DNA from: a virus
Taxonomy: Duplodnaviria > Caudoviricetes
Strand: one strand, 5' to 3'
IMG/VR virus record: IMGVR_UViG_3300020045_005713
Coordinates: 1-39,631 of that record
DNA: 39,631 bases
Made by a program: the position numbers and the translations under genes. Positions 8,063 through 16,163 of this stretch are shown here, piece by piece. The notes under the pieces were generated by a model. It worked only from the letters and a program-made list of their open reading frames with translations, was not told the DNA's origin and made no database searches. The first letter of the stretch is position 1. Each line of letters opens with the position of its first letter.

Positions 8063-8887
8063 ATGGACGATATTCGATTGAAGGTAGGGTTTCGCGACAA
8101 CGCGAAAATTATGGGACTGGAAGAAGAGCTTGGAGAGGGAGCCGTTTTGAGCCTTTTAACTTTTTGGTGCTGGGTGTCGATCAATAGGCCGGATGGCGTG
8201 CTTTCTGGTCTTAAAAAAGAGCACATCGAGCTACACGCGCGATGGCGCGGAAATGCTATGTCGTTCTTTTGTGCGATGCTAAGTCGTAATTTCGTGACTG
8301 AAAAAGAGGGTGTTTTTATCGTCCACGATTGGAAGGAACATCAGCCATATTGCTTCCATAAAGAGATTCGCGTCGCTCGCGCAAAGCGTGCCGCATCCGA
8401 ACGTTGGAATAAACGCGATGCTAGTAGCAATGCGGGTAGCAATGCTACTAGCATAAAAAGATGCGATGCTAAGAGCAATGCCCCTGCCCCTGCTCCTGTT
8501 CCTGTTCCTGATCCTGTTCCTGCTCCTTTAGCAACAACAATCGTGTCCGCAAAAGAGGACGATAGTGAGTTTGAACGCTTTTATGCAGCCTACCCGCGTA
8601 AGGTCAAGCGGCTGCTTGCAAAAAAAGCGTTTAAGGCAGCACTCAAAATCACGACTACAGAAAACATCATGGCCGGGCTGGAGGTGTACCGACGCACTGC
8701 GGCCAACATGGAAACGCGGTACATACTACACCCGGCATCGTGGCTCAACGCAGGGGCTTGGGATGACGGCAAAGACCCTGCGCGCGACGCGGCGATTGAG
8801 CGCCAGCGCGCTGAGGAAATCGAGCGCCAAGCGCGGGAAGCGCGGGCCGAGCTAAAGCGCATGGGAATCACGGAGATCCCGACGTGA
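8063..8887 (+). CDS. phage replication initiator (lambda O-like architecture)
   Basis: N-terminal wHTH-like domain ending HDW.EHQP, low-complexity linker with DNA repeats, C-terminal FERFYAAYPRK...A.KAF...YILHPASWLN..W.D. Confidence 0.85.
   Translation: MDDIRLKVGFRDNAKIMGLEEELGEGAVLSLLTFWCWVSINRPDGVLSGLKKEHIELHARWRGNAMSFFCAMLSRNFVTEKEGVFIVHDWKEHQPYCFHKEIRVARAKRAASERWNKRDASSNAGSNATSIKRCDAKSNAPAPAPVPVPDPVPAPLATTIVSAKEDDSEFERFYAAYPRKVKRLLAKKAFKAALKITTTENIMAGLEVYRRTAANMETRYILHPASWLNAGAWDDGKDPARDAAIERQRAEEIERQAREARAELKRMGITEIPT
8418..8477 (+). repeat. 12-bp iteron-like repeats, putative replication origin
   Basis: ATGCTAGTAGCA, ATGCGGGTAGCA, ATGCTACTAGCA, one degenerate unit, ATGCTAAGAGCA in 12-bp register; quasi-palindromic TGCT-N3-AGCA. 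Confidence 0.7.
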
Positions 8888-9303
8888 AAATCTTCAAAGA
8901 GCGTATCCACGAAGACGACTGCCCGCTGATTGACGGCGCGATTCTTGAACTGCCGGACGGCACGGCAGCGAATGGGAACACGCCGTATAGCGCACTGGAA
9001 TCGTTGGGCGCGCGGTACATCGGGCCGTTCTACGTGTGCCACGATTGCGGCCACGCCGTGGACGAATGGGAAGACCGGGATAAAAACACCGTGACGGCGG
9101 CGCACAAAAACGGCGGGCGGACGGTGCTGGCGCGGGAATACGAGGAATCGTTTTTTTCGGAAGGGCGGAGCGGCACCAGGACGGCGTCGAAGATTCTTGG
9201 ATACATTTGCCCGCGATGCAAGCAGACTCGCTGGATTGCGAAGATCAAAAAACGGGCTGTATCGGCGGCGCAACTGCACGCGCCGGGCTTGGGGAAACGA
9301 TGA
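8884..9303 (+). CDS. hypothetical zinc-ribbon protein
   Basis: CHDC and CPRC pairs; GTGA-coupled to the initiator gene. Confidence 0.6.
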   Translation: MKIFKERIHEDDCPLIDGAILELPDGTAANGNTPYSALESLGARYIGPFYVCHDCGHAVDEWEDRDKNTVTAAHKNGGRTVLAREYEESFFSEGRSGTRTASKILGYICPRCKQTRWIAKIKKRAVSAAQLHAPGLGKR

Positions 9304-9515
9304 CACACGAACCGATTAAGAGTGAATTTCAGCGCGGATGTTTTGTTAGGGCCACACATGCACTCGCGCGCACAATCTCCAGGAATGGCCCTATGCGTGT
9401 CGTTGGATATAGCAGGGATGGTACAGGCGTGCGCCTGCAAAACGGTATCACGTATCACAGGACGTTTGTCGCTAACATCGCGCGTGACACATGGGAATGC
9501 GGCGGCGGGATTTAA
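9300..9515 (+). CDS. small hypothetical protein
   Basis: ATGA-coupled; FQRGCFVR..MRVVG SH3-like pattern. Confidence 0.5.
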   Translation: MTHEPIKSEFQRGCFVRATHALARTISRNGPMRVVGYSRDGTGVRLQNGITYHRTFVANIARDTWECGGGI

Positions 9516-9523
9516 GATAGAAA

Positions 9524-9757
9524 ATGAAAGGTGAAAAGATGAAAACACGCAAGCCGCGGGTACTGCTCTTCGCACATCCGACAGACTGGGCTTACATCAA
9601 TGCCGAACGGCGCGGCGTGGAGCGTTCGGCTAAGGCGCTTGAAAAGTGGGAGCAAGGGCAGCTTCGGCATAACAACAAGCGGGCGAAATGGGTGACGGAA
9701 GCCTGCCGGATAATCAGGAACGAACTCGCGCAGATTGAACGGGAGGCTTTTGAATGA
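9524..9757 (+). CDS. hypothetical protein
   Basis: ORF coupled to rusA; start may be 9539. Confidence 0.55.
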   Translation: MKGEKMKTRKPRVLLFAHPTDWAYINAERRGVERSAKALEKWEQGQLRHNNKRAKWVTEACRIIRNELAQIEREAFE

Positions 9758-10107
9758 TGCTAACACTCCCATACCCGCCGAGCGTGAATCATTATTGGAA
9801 GCGCGGGCGGCGCGGCCAGATGTTTATCTCGCCCGCAGGTATGAGATTTCGCGACGCGGTGATTCTCGCGTCGCGCGCGGAAATAGGCGGGCCGCTATCC
9901 GGGCCGGTGATGCTGCGGCTGGCAATTTATCCGCCGGACAAAAGGCGGCGCGATATAGACAACGTGCTCAAGGCGATCCTTGACGCGCTGCAACACGCAG
10001 GCGTATACAAGGACGATTCGCAGGTTGTCGAATTGCATGTGGTGAAAAAACCGTTTTGCACAAACAACGGGCGCGGGATGGTTGACGCGGAAATCTTTGC
10101 GCGGTAG
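9754..10107 (+). CDS. rusA: RusA Holliday junction resolvase
   Basis: LPYPPSVNHYW, PPDKRRRDIDNVLKAILDAL, DDSQV. Confidence 0.95.
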   Translation: MMLTLPYPPSVNHYWKRGRRGQMFISPAGMRFRDAVILASRAEIGGPLSGPVMLRLAIYPPDKRRRDIDNVLKAILDALQHAGVYKDDSQVVELHVVKKPFCTNNGRGMVDAEIFAR

Positions 10108-10123
10108 TGAAAGGGGATTGCAA

Positions 10124-10450
10124 ATGAAAGAAGAATCATCGGCGGATAAAGTGAAGCGCGTGAAGACCATGGCGAGTGATAAGTCGGTGTTTTTTTTCAC
10201 GCAAGACGACCTCGACGCGCTGCAATACGTGCTCGACGCGCTGGACAACAAAAGCGCCGAGTTGCAATCGTCGTACGATAGCATCGACAGAGAATTCAAG
10301 CAGGCGCGTGAACAAGGCCGCAAGCAGGGGCTGGAAGAGGCCGCGCTTTTTATTGAACAACAACAGAATCCAATGGGCCATACCCAGAACCGGCGGATGT
10401 TCGTTGTGGACGCCGCGCGAGACATCCGCAGACTCAAGGAGCGCAAATGA
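10124..10450 (+). CDS. hypothetical coiled-coil protein
   Basis: GGGG RBS, ATG 10124; GLEEAA...IRRLK pattern common in small phage proteins. Confidence 0.6.
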   Translation: MKEESSADKVKRVKTMASDKSVFFFTQDDLDALQYVLDALDNKSAELQSSYDSIDREFKQAREQGRKQGLEEAALFIEQQQNPMGHTQNRRMFVVDAARDIRRLKERK

Positions 10451-10704
10451 AAATACCACCGATACCGCCGAACTGTCCAAACTTTACCGGCGATAAAGGG
10501 AATGTCGTGTTTGAGTTTGTAGACGAACGCATTATCATGACGCGCTCTTTTATTCCAGAGCGTTCCGTCATCGCGGCGGTTGCAATCGTGGCGTGGGAAG
10601 ACGCGCGCAAGGAATGTGCACACGTGTACGGGAGCATATGTATGGAGTGCACCGTGTGCGAGTTAAGCATCAAGGCTTGGCGCGAGTGGAGGGATGAGAA
10701 ATGA
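10447..10704 (+). CDS. hypothetical protein
   Basis: ATGA-coupled at both ends; Cys cluster. Confidence 0.55.
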   Translation: MKIPPIPPNCPNFTGDKGNVVFEFVDERIIMTRSFIPERSVIAAVAIVAWEDARKECAHVYGSICMECTVCELSIKAWREWRDEK

Positions 10705-10877
10705 AAGACGAGTGGAAGGGCGGTCAGGGACGCGACGCCGAGGACATTCGCGGCAGCGCGGTAACCTTCAGCGTGGCGTTGATCGGGGCGGCGGTCGTCT
10801 TGGCGCTGGCGCTGGTGTTGTCTGGCTGTTGCGCCGCCTGCAATCCCGGCGCGGCGAGAATCGAGGCGCGGAAATGA
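10701..10877 (+). CDS. small membrane or lipoprotein-like protein
   Basis: hydrophobic stretch VALIGAAVVLALALV then LSGC lipobox-like motif; ATGA-coupled. Confidence 0.5.
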   Translation: MKDEWKGGQGRDAEDIRGSAVTFSVALIGAAVVLALALVLSGCCAACNPGAARIEARK

Positions 10878-11152
10878 CCACCGTTAAAACAACCGTGACG
10901 CTTGAACTCGACACGGAAGACGGCGCTGGCACAACGCTGGAAATCGAAGTCGAGGGCGATTTCGACGGCGATGAATTGGACGACGTTCGCTACACGGACG
11001 ATCCGCGTATCGGCGAACCGGAGCGCGAGACGATAGACCGCTGGCTGCAAGAGGCATACGCGAAACAGCAAGGATTCAGAAACCGCGACGAGTGGCAATT
11101 CGCTTGCGCGGCGCGTGAAGAGCGCTGGCTGGATAGGAGCACGCCAAGATGA
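10874..11152 (+). CDS. acidic hypothetical protein
   Basis: GAGG RBS, ATG 10874; very D/E-rich (possible nucleic-acid mimic, inference). Confidence 0.6.
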   Translation: MTTVKTTVTLELDTEDGAGTTLEIEVEGDFDGDELDDVRYTDDPRIGEPERETIDRWLQEAYAKQQGFRNRDEWQFACAAREERWLDRSTPR

Positions 11153-11361
11153 AATACGAATCGCGAGAATTCCAGTGCTACGAGTGCGGGCTGTTAAAAA
11201 AGCATGGTGTGAATTTTGACGACACAAATTACCCGAATGGCGTGTGCATTCAGTGCATTGAACTCGCGCTGGCTGATGCAAAGAAACAGGCCGCGCAACA
11301 AGAGCGTGATGCACGGATAGCCGAGAAGAAAGAGCGAGTCAGGGGAGAACGGCTCAGGTGA
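11149..11361 (+). CDS. small zinc-finger protein (ClpX-C4-like spacing)
   Basis: CYEC...VCIQCIELA. Confidence 0.55.
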   Translation: MKYESREFQCYECGLLKKHGVNFDDTNYPNGVCIQCIELALADAKKQAAQQERDARIAEKKERVRGERLR

Positions 11362-11558
11362 AAGCCTATTGCGGGCATTGCAGACAAACCGTTACGCCGA
11401 TTGAGCGGACGACCCGCTGCGAAATCTGCAAGCGGCATATCTGGGAAATGCTGGCAACGGAGCCGGGCGAATACCGGCACAAGCTGCGAACCACGAACGA
11501 GACGTACCGGGAATGTTTTGAGCACGGGGCGAAAGACGACACGAAAGGCACAGAGTGA
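11358..11558 (+). CDS. small zinc-ribbon protein
   Basis: CGHC...CEIC; GTGA-coupled at both ends. Confidence 0.55.
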   Translation: MKAYCGHCRQTVTPIERTTRCEICKRHIWEMLATEPGEYRHKLRTTNETYRECFEHGAKDDTKGTE

Positions 11559-12496
11559 GCGAACGATTGAAGGCACCTTTTTGTTACTTTGGCGGAAAAG
11601 GTTCCGTCGCGCATTTAGTTTGGGAGGCGCTCGGAAATCCTTCGCACTATATCGAGCCTTTCTTTGGCAGCGGCGCGGTATTGCTTGCGCGTCCGAATGA
11701 TGACGGCTGCGAAACGGTGAACGACAAAGACGGCTTCATTGCAAACGTTTGGAGAAGTCTGCAAAAAGACCCTGACGAGGTTGCCAAGTGGTGTGATTGG
11801 CCGGTAAACCACGTCGATCTGAATTGCCGTCGAAAGAAACTCATCGCGAACGAAGCGCGGCTCGTTGAAAACCTGGTTGCCGATGATGATTTCTGCGATC
11901 CGAAACTTGCGGGCTACTGGATTTGGGCGGCAAGCTGTTGGATCGGTTCGGGCTTGACGCAGCCAGACGCGATACCGCACATCAGCCACGCCGGGAAGGG
12001 CGTGCACGCGCAGATACCGCACATCGGCGACTCCGGGATGGGCGTGCAGGAGCCGTACAATATCGGGCTGTACAAATGGTTTCGGAAATTGAGTGAACGC
12101 TTGCGCCGCGTCCGGGTGGTGTGCGGAGACTGGACGCGCGTATGCGGCGGAAACTGGCAGGATAAAATGGGAACTTGCGGCGTGTATTTTGACGCTCCAT
12201 ACACAAACGAGGGCCGCGATTCTGATATTTACCACCACGATTCTGGTTCACTCGCTCCGGCAATTATAGAATGGTCTGCAAAGCGCGGGGCGATGAAAGA
12301 CTACCGGATTGTAATTTCAGGGTATGAAGAGTACGCGCCGCTTTTGAAACACGGTTGGTGTAAATCGCATTGGAGCGCCGCCGGTGGATATGGAAACACC
12401 GGCGGCAAGCAGGAAACCAACCAAAACCAAAATAGACACAGAGAGACTTTATACTTTAGTCCGAACTGTAGCGGCGGAGAAATATTTGAGATTTAA
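11555..12496 (+). CDS. D12/Dam-class DNA adenine methyltransferase
   Basis: PF.YFGGK, YIEPFFGSGAV, ETVND, and motif IV read as YFDAPY. Confidence 0.88.
   Translation: MSERLKAPFCYFGGKGSVAHLVWEALGNPSHYIEPFFGSGAVLLARPNDDGCETVNDKDGFIANVWRSLQKDPDEVAKWCDWPVNHVDLNCRRKKLIANEARLVENLVADDDFCDPKLAGYWIWAASCWIGSGLTQPDAIPHISHAGKGVHAQIPHIGDSGMGVQEPYNIGLYKWFRKLSERLRRVRVVCGDWTRVCGGNWQDKMGTCGVYFDAPYTNEGRDSDIYHHDSGSLAPAIIEWSAKRGAMKDYRIVISGYEEYAPLLKHGWCKSHWSAAGGYGNTGGKQETNQNQNRHRETLYFSPNCSGGEIFEI
11971..12049 (+). repeat. 42-bp in-frame tandem duplication inside the methyltransferase
   Basis: GATACCGCACATC at 11971 and 12013; IPHISHAGKGVH / IPHIGDSGMGVQ. Confidence 0.75.
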
Positions 12497-12531
12497 TTTG
12501 CAAAGAGACCGAAGGCAAGGATACTATCCGT

Positions 12532-13059
12532 ATGAATACTACATACAAAGAAATTCAGAATGGCTACAGGGTTGGTTCAGACGGAACCGTGTGGTCGAGG
12601 TGGACATCAAAAGACGCTGCCGGTCGCGGTCATTGTCTCGGCACAAAATGGATTGAGTTGAAGGGCGGGCTTGACAAAGATGGTTACCGTAAAGTCATCC
12701 TTTGTAATGGCAACGGCGCGCGCAGATATGTAAGGGTTCAGACGCTTGTGCTCGAAGCCTTTGTCGGGCCGAAACCATCCGGCATGGTGTCGGCGCATCG
12801 TAACGGAATACGCGCAGACAACCGAATTGAGAATCTGCGCTGGGCAACACAAAAAGAGAATTGCGCGGATAAAATTACGTGCGGTACGGCACAAAGAGGC
12901 GAGACACATCCGCTATCAAAAGTAACCGAAGCACAGGTGCGAACAATCCGCACGAGGCGCGCTGCCGGAGAATCGTTATCTGTGCTGGCGGCGGAGTATG
13001 GCGTCCAGAAGGCCGCAATCTGCGCGATTGCAACACGGCGGACATGGAAGCATGTTTAG
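12532..13059 (+). CDS. free-standing HNH homing endonuclease (NUMOD4-like, HNH, C-terminal HTH)
   Basis: YRVGSDGTVWS, LVLEAFVGP, H.NG.R.DNRIENLRW.T..EN, GE.HP.SK.TE and HTH tail. Confidence 0.9.
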   Translation: MNTTYKEIQNGYRVGSDGTVWSRWTSKDAAGRGHCLGTKWIELKGGLDKDGYRKVILCNGNGARRYVRVQTLVLEAFVGPKPSGMVSAHRNGIRADNRIENLRWATQKENCADKITCGTAQRGETHPLSKVTEAQVRTIRTRRAAGESLSVLAAEYGVQKAAICAIATRRTWKHV

Positions 13060-13065
13060 TCCTCA

Positions 13066-13317
13066 TTGTTTGAACAAGGGGCTGTTCTAATGCTTGAACC
13101 GATTGCCTACTCGCTCGGAACCGTAGCGGATTACGAAGTGGAAATCCGCAAGGACAGCGATATATGGACGGCGCTGTTTTACAGTCGCGAGTTGACCGAC
13201 GAGGAAGGCAAGCCGAAGGAGTTTCTGATTGCCGAATGCGCCACGCTGGATGACGCGCGGGCGGCGGCGGGAAGGTGGATGAGTGCCAACGAAAGCGAAA
13301 CAGCACCGGGCGCGTGA
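13066..13317 (+). CDS. hypothetical protein
   Basis: 83 aa ORF filling the gap; start may be 13090. Confidence 0.45.
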   Translation: MFEQGAVLMLEPIAYSLGTVADYEVEIRKDSDIWTALFYSRELTDEEGKPKEFLIAECATLDDARAAAGRWMSANESETAPGA

Positions 13318-13555
13318 GGGTGACCCGGTGCGGAAATTCCGTTCAAGCACGCGGTGGAAAAAGTTCAGGGCGTGGTATCTTTCCGGCGATCCGCTGTGCG
13401 CCGACCCGTTCGGCAAGCACGATGCGGACGGGATTGTTGTCGCGGCTCAGGAGTTGCATCATAAGATACCGTTGTGCGAACGGCTGGACTTGGGGCTTGT
13501 GGAGAGTAACGTGCAACCGTTATGCAGTGAATGCCACTGGAGGAGTGAGCGATGA
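13283..13555 (+). CDS. packaging-associated HNH endonuclease (HK97 gp74-like)
   Basis: W.K.R..YL...PLC, ELHHKIPL, NVQPLC..CH. Confidence 0.85.
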   Translation: MPTKAKQHRAREGDPVRKFRSSTRWKKFRAWYLSGDPLCADPFGKHDADGIVVAAQELHHKIPLCERLDLGLVESNVQPLCSECHWRSER

Positions 13556-13851
13556 TAACTGAATACAAACGGAACGAAATTATACGCGCTGTCGAGTTGT
13601 TGCGCAAGTTGCATATTCTCGCCGAGGCCATTGAGACTACGCGCGTAACATTGCCACTCGTTACGCCTGAGATACTCGATGCAGTCGGTTGCGCAAACAA
13701 GCAACGCCTTGGCGAGTTGGTTATTGAGAAGGCGACGCGCGAGGTTAAATACTCTGTCACGGACTCGCGACTGGTTCTTCTCCGGCACACTCTCACGGTG
13801 TTGGATTGCAAGCGGCTAAGTGCCGTGTTGGAAGGAAAGGATGCAAAATGA
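13552..13851 (+). CDS. hypothetical protein
   Basis: GGAGGAG RBS; ATGA-coupled. Confidence 0.55.
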   Translation: MITEYKRNEIIRAVELLRKLHILAEAIETTRVTLPLVTPEILDAVGCANKQRLGELVIEKATREVKYSVTDSRLVLLRHTLTVLDCKRLSAVLEGKDAK

Positions 13852-14066
13852 AGGTGTATAGGCTTGTGGCAGACGGCACAGGCGTCCATCCGAGGATTGC
13901 GGCGTGGTCGCGATACTCGCCACTGTACGCGACGCGCGCATTAGCCACGGCCAAGCGCGCTGCGTTTCGTGCGCGCGTCATTAACATGGATGATTACCCG
14001 GTATGTTTCCGGGATGATAAGACCTTGAAGATTACAATCGAATCCATGGAGGTACTAACGCGATGA
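13848..14066 (+). CDS. hypothetical protein
   Basis: ATG 13848, ATGA-coupled at both ends. Confidence 0.5.
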   Translation: MKVYRLVADGTGVHPRIAAWSRYSPLYATRALATAKRAAFRARVINMDDYPVCFRDDKTLKITIESMEVLTR

Positions 14067-14251
14067 AATACCACCGACTTCATAAATACGACGCGGTGAC
14101 GTATTATGAATTGAAGTGCAGCGAATGCCGCAAGGTTGTTTCCGGTGTGATAGAATTCTGTGAAGATGATAGTTACGACACGCTTTATATTTGCGCCGAG
14201 TGTTTGGAGAAGGCGCTGGCGGAATGCAAAAGGGCACAAAGTGAATCTTAG
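14063..14251 (+). CDS. small zinc-finger protein
   Basis: CSEC...ICAECLEKAL; resembles 11149-11361. Confidence 0.6.
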   Translation: MKYHRLHKYDAVTYYELKCSECRKVVSGVIEFCEDDSYDTLYICAECLEKALAECKRAQSES

Positions 14252-15863
14252 CGAGACGATCAAACTAATCCCCGGCTACAATCCACACGACCAAGCGGGC
14301 GATTGCGTCTTCGATGAAAAGGCCGCGCAACACGCGCTGGACTTTTTCACGGAGTGCTTGACGCATATCGAAGGCGCGAAAGCTGGCACGCCGTTCCTGC
14401 TTGAACCGTGGCAAGTGGCAATCGTTGCGAATCTGTTTGGCTGGAAGAAACCGGACGGCACGCGGCGCTATCGGACTGCGTTTATTTACGTTCCTCGCAA
14501 AAGTGGTAAATCGCCCCTCGCGGCTGGCCTATGCCTCTACGCTCTCATGTGCGATAAAGAGCGCGGCGCTCAAATCTACAGCGCGGCGGCTGACAAAGAG
14601 CAAGCGGCAATCGTGTACCGGCACGCGCGCGGGATGGCTGAGGCGTCGAGTACGATTTCCAAGCGCGTGAAGATTTTCAAGTCGATAGGCCAGCGGGCAA
14701 TCGTGTTGAAGTCAGACCCGGCAAGCGCATACGTGGTCATATCGGCAGACGCGAAAACGAAACACGGCGGAAATTCCCACTTCGTTGTAATCGACGAACT
14801 CCACGCGCAACCAGACCGCGAGCTGGTGGACGTGCTTGATACGTCAATGGCAAGCGCAAACCGTAAGCAGCCGATGATGATTTACATTACCACGGCGGAT
14901 TACGACCGCGAAAGCATTTGCAACGAGAAGTATTTTCGCGCGTGCAACGTTCGCGACAACGGCGGAAACAAATTGAAGCCGGGATATGACCCGTCGTTCT
15001 TGCCGGTTATCTATGAGACCGCGAAAGACTCCGATTGGACAAACCCGGACGTTTGGGCCGCGTGCAATCCGAACTTAGGAATCTCTGTTTCGCGCGAGTA
15101 CCTTGAACAGGCGTGCAAGGAAGCTCAGGAAATCCCCGGCAAGCAAAACGCTTTCAAAAGATTGCACCTAAACCTGCGCACGCAGTCCGATATTCTCTGG
15201 CTTCCGATTGACGCATGGGATGAATGCGCGGGGAAGGTATCGAAGAAAAAGCTGCTTCAAACTCCTTGCCACGGCGGGCTTGATATGGCAACGACCACGG
15301 ACATAGCGGCATTCGTCCTGGTATTCCCTGAAAAAGACACGTGGAAAGTTCTTTCAATGTTTTGGATTCCCGAAGAGTCCATGCACGCGCGCGTGAGGCG
15401 CGACCGAGTACCGTATGACGAATGGGTGAAAGCCGGATACATCAAGACCACGCCGGGGAACGTTGTCGATTACGACCGGGTGAAGAAAGATATTTTGAAG
15501 GCACATGAAGACTATTGTATTATCGACATTGCCGTTGACCCGTGGAACTCCACGCAACTGCAAACGCAACTTGCAAGCGAAGGCTTGGAGATAATCAAAT
15601 ATCCGCAAGGCTTTTCCATGTTCACGGCACCCGCGAAAGAACTTGAAAAGCGGATTCTGTCGCGTACACTATCGCACGCCGGGAATCCGGTGTTGCGTTG
15701 GATGGCGCAAAATGTCTGCATTCTGGACGACGGCGAAGGAAACATAAGGCCGGACAAAAAGAAGTCACGCGAGAAAATCGACGGCATAGTTGCGTTGCTC
15801 ATGGCAATGGGGCGCGCGCTGGTGAGTGACGGCGAAGGCGATTACGAGATAGAAAAACGATGA
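14241..15863 (+). CDS. terL: terminase large subunit (Terminase_1 / HK97-like cos type)
   Basis: LEPWQ, Walker A PRKSGKS, Walker B VVIDELH, ITTA, GGLDMA, KIDGIVA; probable GTG start at 14241. Confidence 0.96.
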   Translation: MNLSETIKLIPGYNPHDQAGDCVFDEKAAQHALDFFTECLTHIEGAKAGTPFLLEPWQVAIVANLFGWKKPDGTRRYRTAFIYVPRKSGKSPLAAGLCLYALMCDKERGAQIYSAAADKEQAAIVYRHARGMAEASSTISKRVKIFKSIGQRAIVLKSDPASAYVVISADAKTKHGGNSHFVVIDELHAQPDRELVDVLDTSMASANRKQPMMIYITTADYDRESICNEKYFRACNVRDNGGNKLKPGYDPSFLPVIYETAKDSDWTNPDVWAACNPNLGISVSREYLEQACKEAQEIPGKQNAFKRLHLNLRTQSDILWLPIDAWDECAGKVSKKKLLQTPCHGGLDMATTTDIAAFVLVFPEKDTWKVLSMFWIPEESMHARVRRDRVPYDEWVKAGYIKTTPGNVVDYDRVKKDILKAHEDYCIIDIAVDPWNSTQLQTQLASEGLEIIKYPQGFSMFTAPAKELEKRILSRTLSHAGNPVLRWMAQNVCILDDGEGNIRPDKKKSREKIDGIVALLMAMGRALVSDGEGDYEIEKR

Positions 15864-16003
15864 ATCATCGGCTCTTGCTGGTATGCGCGGCGGTTTCCCT
15901 TTGCATGGTAGCAGTCGGATTTTATTTCGTATATCCACCCCTATCGCTTATCATTCCCGGCGCGATGTGCTGGATTTCGATTGAAAGGGCCGCAACGAAA
16001 TGA
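15860..16003 (+). CDS. small two-helix membrane protein between terminase and portal
   Basis: MNHRLLLVCAAVSLCMVAVGFYFVYPPLSLIIPGAMCW; typical position in HK97-like head operons. Confidence 0.6.
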   Translation: MNHRLLLVCAAVSLCMVAVGFYFVYPPLSLIIPGAMCWISIERAATK

Positions 16004-16163
16004 GCAACCAAAGACGACAATCATTAAACGAATACGGCAACGCCTATTTCGATCTTAAACAGAATTCGCCGATTAAAGCAACTCTGGTTATAGGCTATCA
16101 AAAAGGCTCGAAATTATATTATAGAATCGCAAAGGACGCAAAGCATTTGGGGGCTAAAACGAA

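Noticed and set aside
14160-14240. Longer TerL start at 14160
   Set aside because: Overlaps most of the zinc-finger ORF 14063-14251; GTG 14241 is more plausible
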